Of a stretch of DNA of 64,000 nt, positions 23,101-36,482 are shown one piece after another. The stretch's first letter is position 1; each line of letters starts with the position of its first letter. Both the position numbers and the translations under genes were made by a program. A model generated the notes under the pieces. It did not search any database. It had not been told where the DNA came from and worked only from the letters and a program-made list of their open reading frames with translations. Source of the stretch: Azolla caroliniana (Eukaryota > Plantae > Polypodiophyta); contig JBHGNT010000001.1 in the NCBI GenBank assembly GCA_043228905.1, positions 30,442,001 to 30,506,000 of the forward strand, read 5' to 3'.

Positions 23101-26100
23101 CATCCATCTATCCTTACCACAAACCGGTTGCCCATAAGAAATGATCTTTGTCTTGTTTTCACACGAACCTGAGAAGAAGTGAAAATTAAATAATCAATCC
23201 TTAAAAGGTAAGAAAATTAGGAATAGCTCTTCTATGCAATATTCCTTTACCATTGGAATTCGATGATCCATTGGTATACATAAGATATGTTCCTGCCTTC
23301 ACACGGGACAGTTGAAATATTAAGTCAAGCAATAAATAAGTGGTTTCATACAACTTTTATGCTTGAAAAGACAACATACATAATACAGATAACATTTAAT
23401 TCTTTATATTTGAAAGATACTAATTTAGAATGCAGTAAAATATTTACATTATGAAATTTTCTTTTTTCAAACTCTTAACACAGCAAAAAGAACAGACCCA
23501 GAAAGGTACAAAATGTTGGCACAGGCACCCACTATGACTAATCAGCTTATTAAACATTAGAAATCTGTAAATCACAGATGCAACATATGTGATCAACAGG
23601 AAGAATACATAAGCAGCCAAGACTTTCCTCTAACTGATGGAAAGACCTGCACGAACAGAAGCTGGAGATAGATATTTAATTAATAGGGACTGTGCCATTC
23701 CAAGACATAAGATGTTAAGTACACCACCCTCTTGAATGTCAAAAATGCTTATCTTTTATCACATTATATGCCCCACATACACCAGGGATACAATGCCAGA
23801 TATTAAAAAGGCAAATAGCCAGATATTTATAAACCTGGTAGCTGGACGTGCCAAGCTTATGAGTCTATATCCTCCCATCTTAATCACAAATAGCCAGAGA
23901 TGTATTGCAAACTGATTCCTCATATGTGATAGTACTTGTACTTAAAACAGAGAGAGTTTATGTTGGAATGTAGTGCCATAGTTGCAATCATATGTGTATA
24001 TCTTCAACTATACCTCCAAAATTTTGGTATTATTCAACCTCCAAAAATTTGTAAATTTTTGCTTGTTTTTTTTACTTTCAATCTCTCAGAATTGCATATC
24101 GGCAGTACAAATACCATAGGATTTCCAACTAAAAAGACATCCAAAGCTGGCTGCAGAGACCAAAGAGGATTTTACACAACATTTAAAGATTTTGCAACCA
24201 GCCTTCAACAATCTTCATCAGCACATTTTCTGCCCCACACTACCATGTCATTTTATTGATGTTCCAATACTAGTTTGTAATGCCAGAAATTAAATAGCCT
24301 ATAAAGATATTTTCAGAAACAGTAATGTTTTATATGCTCAGTCTTAGACCATAGTACATACGTGTATCTATATGTTTCTTGTATGGCCATGCATTGCAAC
24401 AAAAATTAAGCCATACACTTCAAACAGGGTGTTCTTGTACCTGCCTGAAAAAGACGATGAAGTATCTTCTATTTCCTCTAGGCATGCAGCATAATCCCTC
24501 TGGATCCTCTGCAAGATCCCCACTATTTCTCCAGTAAGCCTAGCTGTTTTCTGAACAACTGTACTTTCTTCACTTTCCTTCATGAGCTCCAAATCTTCCA
24601 TTTCTTTGTCTTCCAAGATGTCTCCGCCAATGGATGGCTCAGCTGAATCTTCTCTTAAAAGTAATTTATTTCTTTCACATCCAGAAGCAAGTTCTTCATC
24701 ACACAGCACTATACGAACCTGTAATAATTATAACCAGCTATGTTGTTATCCTTTCATACATGTAAGCAATAAGAAATGATAATATACCAACTGGCAAACA
24801 TACTGCAACAAGGTCTCCATGCAATGCTCGGTTCTGAAACTTGCCAGCGGGAATCCACAACTCCAAGTTTGATGCTTCACCTTTATTGCTAGATAACAAA
24901 GTTAATTCAATAATCAAATCCAAACCTTTATCAATATCCACAACCTTGGTCAAAAAAGTAAACAAAACATAGTACACAGTATACAGTAATTTCAATTGAA
25001 CCTTGGCCGTACAAAACCACCATCTTGTGCAACCTTACTAACGTAAAATGTTCCCACATGTAAAGAACCATCTTGTAAACCTTCATCTATAGCAATTTCT
25101 GTAAAGGTTAAAAACGTTTTTTTAACTGTCAAAACCCAGGTGCCGATTTATTTTCTAAACAGACTTGATTTTGTCAGACATTAACCTGACAAATAATTTT
25201 TAAAAAGAGTTTCTCCATTGGCACTTGATCCTTGAGTATGTCTCCGGTCCCCATCAGATTGTCTCCATTCTACTTGTGTTTGAACCTAAAGAAGTTAGAG
25301 GACCATCAGTTAAGGACATGTATGCAGAGTTGCAAAAATAAGATAGCATGAAGCAAACCAGTGAGCTGCAAAGTTCTAAAATCATTTCGTCTTGTCTCCA
25401 AAAAGCAGTTATATATTCAGATACATACATTACCTGCATGCCACAATAATGCAAAGGAAGGTTAGCTCTCACATGTCCTTAATTTTGGCATATCTTTTCT
25501 TTCTATCATGGAAGCTTTGAAGTATTCATTTCCAAAAAGGACAGAATTATTCTATCTGTTTTCATTGAATTCCTTTCACCCCATTTCATCCACCTCTTCA
25601 GATTACATCTATGCCTCTTCTACTATTTCTATAAATCTGATCTTGCTCACTATCTCATACAAAATGCCATGTTTTCTGATACTCTTAACAAGATATTATA
25701 ATCTACCCCAAATAATAGAGAAAATAAAGGAATTGAACCACCAAGAGCAAATGTGCACAGATAAATATGAACAAACTAACAGCTACACTTAGAAGTGATC
25801 GTGTTTAGATTAGTGGATAATAAAATAAATAAGCAAATACGAGAGAAAAGTGAAGAAGGCACAAAGATAACTATGATTTTTATGGAGTGTTAGCATCAAC
25901 GTAGAGCCTTCGTGGGGCAGATGTATGGATGCCCAACCTACAAAATTGAAGGACTTTGTACGTGATGCAAATAAATCAGAGTGCTAGCCATCTGGATATG
26001 TATAAAACATGAATATGTCCACAACTCACCCACGATAGAAGTTCTGCAAAATGCTGACGAGAATACCTTGATTTTTTATATTGATGCCAAGAGAATAAAT

Positions 26101-29100
26101 AAATAAAATCAACTGACCCATTCATAAAATCTTGAGGTGAATTATTGTTGACTAAATCCAACTACCTCCCCAATACCTTGACATTATTGTCAATTTCTCC
26201 TGTAATCTTTAGGGTTCCTTGGAATTCTTGATCCATGGCATCTATATCAAGCTTTCCTGTATTTTCCACATGACCTGTCAGGATAATTATAGGAATGGAC
26301 ATTTCAAGATGCTCATTGAACCATCGTGCAACCTCCTCAACGTTTGTGAGTTTCGAATCAACACCATCTGAAAGGACAAGAAGCATGTTATAATATGGGA
26401 ACATGCATGCCTAAGATTTATTAACTCCGAATTTTCACCATTATACTAACATGTAGAAAGCATGATCAATAATGTTAATGAAAATCCCACCATGAAGGAT
26501 AGATGAGTCTAATAGTCAATATTATGCCCTGAAGGCAACAAGCAACAATAGGTCAGGATATCAAAGTATACAATGGGAAAAGGAAAATGTAAGATGTACA
26601 ATAGCAAGAAGAAATTTGAGCTATATGTACAAATCCAAGATGTTTAATAAGATATAATCAGTTTTCATTTGTATAATTCAGGACCTACACCAAATTGTTC
26701 TTGATTATTAAACTATACAACATCAAAGTTGAACAATATGCTAATCCAAGGTTTTTTATACTCACTTTTTCATTTACATACTGAGAGACCTACTCCAAAC
26801 AGGGGGTGTTAAAATTACCACAGAGATATGGAAATATTTGTCAGCATGCACCAAATTGAATTTCTAATCATGTTCCCTCAATAATCACTTAAATCTGTAG
26901 CGATTATTAAATGTGACTGTCAAGAGCACCATACATGGAACGTCTTTGATTCATCATAGACGAAAACCCCAAAAAGGTAGGAAAATTTATCGTGGTTGCC
27001 TATACTGTATGACTTAGCATTTAATATCTGAGTATTACTAAATTGAATGGCAAATTTACCCCTTCTCTGAATTGATGTGGTATCAATAAAATGTTCGTCA
27101 TCAAAGTAAAGGTTCCCTCTCCTTTTGTCAGTAAAAATAGATCTGTAACAAAAACATAAAAGTATGTCAGTAAAATAGATCTGCATAACAATTTTATATA
27201 TGAAGCTTTTATGTTTTGAGACATGATGACATGGGTTTGGCACAATCTTTTTTCATGATACGATGCTCAAGTACTCATGCTGTTTAAATATCTCTCCATG
27301 AAGGATAATCTTTATGGCAGTATGCCTTGGATAAGATCCTACTCGAAATTAAAGCCGCTAGTGACATAAAACTAAAGGCCAATCTCCCTCACCTGGTGCC
27401 TCACCATTCTCTTCTTTCCAGCTTCCACAGACAGACCCTTATCCAAAATGGCTCCATTTAGAGAGGCCCTCGCTTTAGAAAAGCAACAAGCTAAATAGGT
27501 AATTGTGTCTGTGAAAATAAGAGAGCATTTCCCTCACCTACTTTACATGATGCTGACTAAGATAAGACATGCCTTTCTTAGTTCTTACATTACAGGTACT
27601 TGTCAAAACATTACATTTCCAGTCTGAATGGCTTCCATATAAATATAGATGTATATTATTGTATTGATTTAAACCCCACTGACATTCTCATGCTGTTCAA
27701 ACATTCAATATTATAACCTCAAGTCTCCACATGTATACATGATACAGCGAAAAACATTTAAATTCTTTTACATGCTCATCATGCTTAAAAATAGAAGCTT
27801 TCATCAAAAGTACATAACATGGAGGAAGGACGAAAATGATTTACCTCAACCGTCTCCATTGTCGTCCATTAAATCTAGTTTGCACCTGCAACCATCCATC
27901 ACATGCACAATTATAGAGACTTAGCTTTAAAAGAAAAAGAAAATAAAAACAGGGTAACTTTGAATACGAGAGTTCGAATTAGCTCAAATGCAATCAATTC
28001 AAGCACATTATGCATATAATACAACCTTTGCCTTAAAGGTAACCAATTTCTTCAGTAATATTCTATTTCACTAACCTGCTTCAAGACTGACGAAAAAAAT
28101 ATTACAGCTGTTATCTGTGGAAACTCCAAAATCTCCCAAAAGTGTTCTACCATAGATGCATCTGGAATCTATAAATAAAAAATTCAGGTAAAACATATAC
28201 ACATTAGTTTAATAACTTAGGAATATGTTGACTGACAGAAAACATCTGTGATTTCACAGTTACGCTTCTCCTTCCTATGTGCTGTTTTTCTTTATTCTTT
28301 ACAGATTTTCTCTTCTATATTATATTTGTTAATTGCTGAAAATTTGATTGACAAACTAATATAAGAAAGCCTCACATTCAGCTAAAAGCAAAAAAAATAC
28401 GAAATTGCAGCCTATGTTGAACCCCAAAATGCTACTGCTAGGATCTATGAAATACTTAGGTAAGCCTTTAGTCTTTGTAGGGGCTATTCTTATCTCTTCC
28501 TTGCATTTATTTCACACATTTTTCAACTCAGTTTGCCTTTATAAGTTAATGCTCAAGTCCTGCGTGTTGGGTATGCAAATGCTTCATCATATATCCTCTA
28601 GTTTGGTTCGTCCTCTCTATGCCCATAGATGTTTGCATGCAAATTTGCTATAACTACAATTATACGAGTGTTCATCTCCCATTTTCTAACATGGTATTAA
28701 AGTATCTTTCTTGTATTAAAGACTAGTGATAGTATAGTAGATCCTTCATATAAGGCATTATAAAAAAGATATTAATTGCTCCTCGGAAGATAAACTGGCT
28801 CCTCTCTATTAAAGAAGAATGTTCATTTTAATTGGACAACAAATATTGTTTGTGGCTCCTTTCTTTTTTTGGATAATGTGCATAAATATTCAATACTATG
28901 CGGGCGCAGAAAGAAAATTAATGTATTTGATTCTCTAAAAAGAAAGGAAGGAATAAAATATGAGGTGAAATTTTGGTCATTCCATAGTGCGATGATAACA
29001 TGAAAAGAGTGAATGCTTCTCGAAGCTTTACAAGGTTCACATTTCAAAAGAGTGCCTAATGCCAAATCCATGAATTAAAAAGAAATGAAGTAATCTTTCT

Positions 29101-30676
29101 TGTTCATATTAAACCTTCAAGAAAACTGCCTTCAAGAGGAAAAAGCATTTTGTCAAATATGTTCTCATTGACTGTGACTGTTTCTTTCCTTAAAAAAAAT
29201 CTAGAGGAAAAGCTGGACAGGATACACGAATTCAAGCCCCACAATACTCTAAAACTATGGCTTGTTTGATGGTGACTTTTTTCATTAGCAAAAAGGAAAA
29301 GATGATGCTGATGTTAGATCGTTCATTGGATAAGTTAAAAACAAATTACCAAGTAATGGGAAGCATCCAAGGGTAGAGAGGGTGGGCCACGGCAACCATG
29401 ATTGCATATTGGGCTCCCGCACGGAATGTCATCTCGGATATAATGCTCTTGGAGACCAATGTGTACATTCTTCTTCCTCTTGCTTATCTTAAAACTGCGA
29501 ACTACCTACAAAGGAAAGAAAGGAAAGAAAGGAAAGAAAAAGACAGAAAAATTAAAAAACAATATGTGAGCATTAAACAGTTATATAAAATTCAACTTCT
29601 TGACAATGTTATATGGGAAAAAACTGAAAACTCAAAAATAGTTGTGACACATAGCAATTATATATCATTCAATTTTGTGACAAACTCAAAAGAAAAAAAC
29701 AATACGCACCTCCTTGACCATATCAGATAATAGATGCACAATTAGAAGGTCCAAAGGACAATGAGAGCCAATTTTCTTTATTATAGACTAACATTTCTTT
29801 TCGTGCATGAATAGAAGGGAATTATGAGAAAAGACACAGTTTTAACAATTTTACTGAAAATTTAATATATTCCACTGTGATGTTTTTCTCTTATAAATAT
29901 TTCCAAGCTTACTTTTCATGTATGAAATAATAGAACGTGTGAAAATATCATTAACGTTGGTAAATTTTGTTATAGATATTTCTATCAGATTTTGTTTCTC
30001 TTTCTCATTTCTAACTGGAAAGTTCAAAAAATTTCACTGTTTTAGTGTATGAGTGCAGATTCTTCCCCAACAATGCTTGCAATTATTAAAAGATTGTAAA
30101 TAAAGGGCATGGAGATGGCCTACTGCTCACATATAAATCACAGCTCCGAAAATTTCTTAACAATTTGGATGACTTTCTTTTCATGCACGAAATTATAGGA
30201 AATCATGTGAAAAATCCAAGAGGAGTTCAGTAGAAAATATATCTGTTTCGTATATGACAAGCTCAAATTTTTTTACTTGCTAAAATAATCAGAGAACACC
30301 GTCAAATATCTAAGACAGACTAGAGTGCAAATGTTTTCTGGGCGCCTGCATTTTCAGCCGGAAGCATGTTCACCAATTAAGGTTTCAACGGTGACAAAAC
30401 TTCAATATATTAATTAGGGCATGGAGGTCAAAGGGTGCTTTAAATAGATAATCCATAACCAATTCGATCTTTCATCATCTTCAAATTCATAAACACATTT
30501 GAGAGCAATGAGATCACATGTTTCTCACACATAAATGCTTGTAATGAGAACTAACAAACATGTTTGGTGATGTCTGAAGAGCTTCATTATGAGAGCCAGC
30601 GGAGAAGAAGAGGAGGAGGTTATACCTCTCGAGAAAGCCATCGTTTGTGACCATCTTGCTCGACAACAACACTCAT
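14153..30676 (-). CDS. DIS3L: DIS3-family exosome-associated 3'-5' exoribonuclease (CR3-PIN-CSD-RNB), DIS3L/DIS3L1-like, many exons
   Basis: First exon 30676-30626 (MSVVVEQDGHKRWLSRE). CR3 motif EHYIRDDIPCGSPICNHGC at ~29.4 kb. PIN IPDASMVEHFWEILEFPQ at ~28.1 kb. [61 protein letters not shown] at ~22.2 kb, [28 protein letters not shown]. The last three exons splice in frame to a stop at 14153. Confidence 0.88.
17053..17317. repeat. Intronic degenerate tandem duplication (~150-bp period)
   Basis: ccagatgtagttatg...aaaagaaatgattgcatata...ctcttagag...ttagaaactct...gagctttac occurs twice. Confidence 0.75.
19693..19900. repeat. Intronic ~110-bp tandem duplication
   Basis: atgtttcat.ttagaatg.aatgttatcaaaacca.gctc...cattcttccttctattcattccaat.atgagaattaagtaaaaaaa occurs twice. 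Confidence 0.85.
21163..21402. mobile_element. Non-autonomous hAT-type MITE (240 bp) in a DIS3L intron
   Basis: Imperfect TIRs taggaatcgacaa / ttgccaattccta, 8-bp TSD cttgagat / cttgtgat (1 mismatch), repeated internal aaccg motifs. Confidence 0.8.
21481..21737 (+). mobile_element. Short dispersed repeat (~260 bp) with further copies at 33926-34395
   Basis: Shares tagtacgtaata, ttttcatacg, gcgtatgttat.aaaa, ttaccatacttcgagggtgttt and cgtatg.ttcat.ctatg with the 33.9-34.4 kb copies. Confidence 0.75.
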
Positions 30677-32099
30677 TGCAGAAAACGAATGAGCTCGTAG
30701 AAGAACCGAAACGAAGAGCTTTAGCTCATGGCTTTCAGGTGTTTTTCGTAATATCAAAGGCTCCCCCCTTAGCTTAAATGAGTTCAAAGAAATGGCCGAG
30801 TGCAGACAGACAGCAAGCAGCAAACCCAAATAAATCGCTAGCAAAGTAAGAAAAACTAGTTCAATTTATCTGCCACGGTAAGTACTTCACAACATTAGCA
30901 TACCACATCAAACCCCAATGTATTAGCAAATTCAATGGGCATTAATCAAGATATGAGTCTTCTGATCCTCATGGATTAATTCTTTCACCTTAGGTGGTCG
31001 ATATTGGACGGCAATAGTTGTGAATCAATCGTGTTTTGATCGCTAAAGTCTTGGATAATCGGTATCATGATGAGAGACCCTTTGTATGATGTTTGTAAAC
31101 GTAATAGTCGTGATAAAAACACCTCCTTTGGTAACAATTACCATCGTAGTCGTGATTAGGAGGATTGCACAAATGTCATTTGATGGCCACATATGTTTGC
31201 TTGAGGCTGGTTTTAGTGCATGGATGAGTACAACCATTTGTTTGATTTTTTGCTACGAGTTGACATGTCTTTGATGAAATTTATAGTTCGCATAAATGTG
31301 TTAATCAATTGTTGTTACTTTCTATGAGTCATGCAATAATTGTTTTAACGTTTTGCATTAAGAGCTACCATACTACCTTGATTGATCGCCAAGTTGCTAG
31401 TGTGTGTTAAAGGCTAGATGCCAAAAAAGCTTAGAACAAAGAAAATATTATTTAGGGAAGTTCTAGGGTCATCAAATTATTATAGTTCAATGCAATATTT
31501 TGGCTAGCATAATTTGATCACAATCATGTACTTCTACTTATTCCTTTCTATGTTCATTTTTATGATGGAATGTTGTTATTGTCTTCAACCTTTATAATTA
31601 GTGGTAAGCAAGAGACAAATAAGTGACATATTAGCTTTTAGATCATCCTCCAATTTTTGGATAGACATTGAGATATATGAACTTTTTCTAACCTTTCATG
31701 AGTATGTACCATGGGAGTAACTTGTCATCAAATTACAAGGTTATAGAACATAATGTCGGTATTGGGTGAAGCCATTATGTACCTATTCTTTCATGCAATA
31801 TAATGTCGATGCATTGAAACTCCTTTGCAAAACCTATAAATAGATTAAGGTCAATACAAATATGCACGTCCACAAATTCCCCATTACAAAACGGTGTCTT
31901 GTACAAAACGTTCTCGTACAATGTATGGTTAGCAACCACAATAATACACCGAATATACAAATGGTCACTTGTCGAAGAAGGGATAGATTATGAAATCAGA
32001 AAGCCCAAAACCCTACTTGCCCATTTTGCCATAGTTAACCAAAGGAGGTTTACATCTTCATGTCCAAACCAAATCTCCATACCATGTACCCAATGTGCT

Positions 32100-32700
32100 T
32101 ATAAGAACCAACATATTAGTTACAAAAGTACCTTGAAATCCACGTGTGCGCCAAACTTACTATTTTGGGAGATCTGAATCCTTGAATGATTTCGTCAACT
32201 AGCACCCAGATGAATTGTATTACGAAATAACACTCGGATTGTTGACCAACACACTACATATCATTCATATCACCATATATGCCAGATTCTTCAAGGTGTC
32301 AATGACATCATTATTAAGTGGATCACAAAAGAGTACTTGTTTGATCACCGTCGTAGCATCTCCATCGGTTGGAATGTGTTGCATCTTCATCCACAACACC
32401 CAATGACCTGAGTGCAATGTGGGTATGATGACATCATCGCGCTCTGGCGCCCGACTCAATATGTCCTCCATCTTACAACTTTGCGCATGAGTTCCAACCA
32501 AAGTGGATTGACGATGTGGAACCTCTCAAAGACCTCTTGGGGTAGCGTGTACTCCATCCACACGGTGAACAAATTCATGGTCCATGTGGATGATATTTCC
32601 CTTGCTTGCATATCATCCTCACATCAAACCCAACCGCGAAAACTGCTAGCTCGAGTCTTCGACATGCAAGTTTCCCAAATATGATGCAAATACCTGGCAA
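32100..32700 (-). pseudogene. Frameshifted Ulp1-like (peptidase C48) fragment, probably a DNA-transposon relic
   Basis: MNLFTVWMEYTLPQEVFERFHIVNPLWLEL, then a frameshift to DDVIIPTLHSGHWVLW..QVLFCDPL (HW and D catalytic-type positions). No intact Gln..Cys-Gly motif is seen. Confidence 0.55.
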
Positions 32701-33339
32701 AACAACTTGTGGTTGTCATGTCCCATGTTCTCACAACTTTACCAAACCCAAATTTGACAAAACGTGCACATCCGGTGCACTCTCATCATAATTTAATGTA
32801 ATCTCCTCACATTTAGAACGGTCCACCCTTCTTCATCTAACTTGACATTTCTTCCTTGACGATCTAGTTAGTGGTGTCTTGTCAAATGCCTGTTTTGTCC
32901 ACAATTGATCAATACACCATTGTCATACGTTGATATCCCAACCTTCTTATACTAAAAAATTCATGGTTTAGGGTTTAGGGTTTTACGAGTGTCGTACATT
33001 TTATCAATCACATACATCAATAAGGTGGTTTCATACTTCCATAAGAATCATATCCAACTAAAATTGGATTTGATGTCACCTCGGAGTTCAAATGGAGTCC
33101 AATTGAAGCTGGTTGTCGCCCTTATCTTAAGCTTCATCATGAATGATTGATGATTTCGTGTGTATTTTACCGTGGGGCCTATGAACCGCTTCAGTGACCT
33201 TTGCCTCTCATAGGTGTTGAACCATACTAACAATCCATCCTAAAACCACAATGTCTTATTTGAAAAATGTCGAAAAATCAACAAGGATGTAGGTTTTATA
33301 CCTTAAACCTTTTATAAGTCGAGTGCCCCAATAATTATA

Positions 33340-33660
33340 AGTAGGGCGTCTTCCATGGAGCATGGTGTATGGAGGGTGTGAGTAAGGTGTCTTCCGCAGG
33401 GTAGGGTGTTTGAAAGGTGTGAGTAGGTCATCTTCCACAGAGCAGGGTGTCCGAAGGGTGTGAGTAGGGCGTCTTTCGGAGAGAAATGTATTTGAAGGGT
33501 GTGAGTAGGTTGTCTTTCACACTACAGAGCAAGGTGTCTAAAGGGTGAGAGTAGGGCATCTTTTGTGGAGCAGGGTGTTTGAAGGGTGCGAGTAGGGCGT
33601 CTTCCACGGAGCAGGGTGTGAGCAAGGTGTTGGAAGAGTGTGAGTAGGGCGTCTTCCTAA
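33340..33660. repeat. GC-rich tandem minisatellite (~20/40/60-bp units)
   Basis: Repeated gagcagggtgtttgaagggtgtgagtagggcgtcttcc variants. Confidence 0.8.
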
Positions 33661-33925
33661 TATGAGTAAAGTGTTTAGATATTGAATGGTTAGGCGCCTG
33701 GTGACAGAGGGCGTGAGCGTCTTGACTGGTGTGTTTGTTTTGGATAAGGATTGGACGGTGCAGATTGCTCGCTCGTCCTCAGCTAGGCGCTCTGCACACC
33801 ATCCGTGGTTGCGATTCCCTCACCAACCCTCTATGAATTGGGTGCAAATAGACACGTTGGACAAGAATGCATACATTAATACACACATGCAAAGGCGCGC
33901 ACATAGAACATACATACATACCATA

Positions 33926-34395
33926 TAGTACGTAATATACTCGAATGCATTAACAAACATTCCTTTTTCATACGAATTCGAAGGAATGCGTATGTTATCA
34001 AAATAATTTTATGTGTTTTTTCTTTTACACTGTTCACCTTAACTTTCTCTTACCTGAAAAAAAAGTACTTTATAATAAATATGTATGTAATGAATACAAA
34101 AGTATTGTATTTAGCCATAGTATGAACCATACGTACATTCGCATTCGCGTAAGAAAAACACCCACAAAGAATGATAAATACCATACGTTTGGATTAACTA
34201 TTTATTATGAGGTAAATAAGCCCGAATGTTTGAATAACATTCTCATTCGTTTTCCAACGTAGGAAAACGAATGTTATGCTAGACGAACACGATTTTAACG
34301 TAACTATGTAAATTACCATACTTCGAGGGTGTTTACCATACTAGAATGATTGAAAACATTCTCGAATGTGAATGCACGTATGGTTCATGCTATGA
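33926..34395. mobile_element. Copy of the 21481-21737 repeat interrupted by an inverted copy of itself (34115-34308)
   Basis: The 5' half (33926-34113) and 3' half (34313-34395) match the 21.5-kb copy in order; the intervening segment matches its reverse complement. Confidence 0.7.
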
Positions 34396-34471
34396 TACGT
34401 ACATACATGGAAGTATGTAGGACGAAAACAGACAGACAGACAGACAGTGAAGGTAGTGGAGAAGCGTAGAG

Positions 34472-36389
34472 ATGGGGAAGGATTCGAAGGCAAAGGGAGG
34501 GGGTAGTGGTGGGACTGGGGGTAGTAAAGGGAAGAAAGCAGCGGGTGATGCAGATACGGAGGGCGGCGCGTCCAAAGGAAAAGGCAAGGGCGGATCCAAA
34601 GGTAGCAGCAGCGCAGAGGAGCTCCGCACCTGCACTTACGTCAAAGGTACGGTACCCCCTCCTTCCCCTTCCCCTTCTCAGCATTCCATGCTTACTGCTC
34701 TGCCATTTCTTCCTACATGAAAGTAAAAGAGAGGAAGAAAGAAGGCTCTTGTTTGATTTAGTTGACCTCGTCTTAGAAATATGTTATTAGATAGAGAGCC
34801 ACATAGTGAATTCAAGAATGACCTTTTTCTTTCATGTATCTCTACTGGAGAGGACATAGCTTAGCTTTGTTTGCTTGGCCTGATCATAGACAGTTGTGTT
34901 GAAAGAAAAGCAACAAAAACAGGACGAGAAAAGCATTCACAAGGTATACTGAAGTCTCGAACTGGCCTATGAGACGGATCGTATACAATTGTGTATGCAT
35001 CCCAGGTATCCATAACACGTACAAACTGTGTCGGTCTTCAATGTGTTGGTAAGCTAATATAAAATCAATCACTCGAGTCTAAATTTGGAGAGAAAGAGAG
35101 TGAGAGGTCATGAAAAGACATGTAATTAGTCATGCTCAGCAGCCCACATCTAGGAGGTAGTTAAATATGATATTTTCTTGTATACAAGCTACCATGTAAT
35201 GCTATGAATTGGGGGGCCCAGGCCCATGGATCCAGTGTTCGTGTTTGAAACCACTCTCTCTAAGCACATAGGTGGGGTATTTCAGAATGCTAATGCAAAA
35301 GGAGAAAAGTAAACAGTGGAATGAAAAATAGCAAGTTGCCAAATTACAGTGTTTTGATCTTGCACGAGGAGCAATGAAGCTATAAAGTTGTGATGCCTCT
35401 TGGTTGATGAGCTGCTATGATTGTGTTTCTGGTGTATAACAACCTTTCTTTGCATCCCTTGAACTCTAGCATGAACCATCTCAAAGCATTGTCCTTTGTA
35501 TTCTATTAACTTGTGTCGTGTGTCAAAGCTTTGGTTGAAGAGGCAGCAATATCTTGCCCGTTTTTCTTGAAAAACAACACAATGGCAAACATTATGTTTC
35601 ACTGATTCCACCTGCAGATTGCACAATTAATGGATTTGTTTTTCCATAGAATTATGTGCATATTTGGCTGCCATAACTCACACTAACATGAAGCGGTTGT
35701 GAGCTGCCCTATACATGTGTATCCATATCATAAGGCCCGAAGGTAACCGATCATGTGATGTGTAAAAAGAGGCCTCACTGTTGGCCATCTTCTTACCCGA
35801 AGATATTGTCAATGTATATTTATGTTCAATCTTGTTTAAGCACTCATTTACCTCCACACAAGCTTGCTTAATCTGATTCACTTCATCCTCATGTTTTGAG
35901 TCATGTTGATTGTGTCTCAAACAATTTTTAGATTGCTTGTTCTCAAGCATGAGAGTCTTTAATTTTCCATTCTCTATCTTGACTGCCTGCAACTCTTCAC
36001 CTTGCATGTTGATGGTAATGTCTAAAGAAACCAAGCAACTGATAATCATTGTTTCTATTGTCGGTGATTTTGTTTGCATTGAGATCAATAATTTTTGGTG
36101 ATTTAGGCTCATTTTCTATTGCATTACTGAATTTTGTAGGTCCCTTATGAGTGTTAGCCATGTCAAAGCCAAACTCTACAAGAAGTGCTGTTCTGATATC
36201 TGCATATATTTTCTTGCTCAGAAATTCCCTCTTTCAGATCATGCTGATTGAATTACGAGACATCTTTTTAACATTCACAGGAGACTGATTGCGATGAATG
36301 AGAGGGGGTATAGCCCATGGTGAATATGGAACTTGGGTTCTCCCAAATTTATGACTTTGATACTACAGTGCAAACCACCAAGACCATGG

Positions 36390-36482
<93 letters not shown>

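Noticed and set aside
33340-33660. Regular repeats resembling a CRISPR array
   Set aside because: Eukaryotic context, degenerate tandem units without unique spacers, no cas genes
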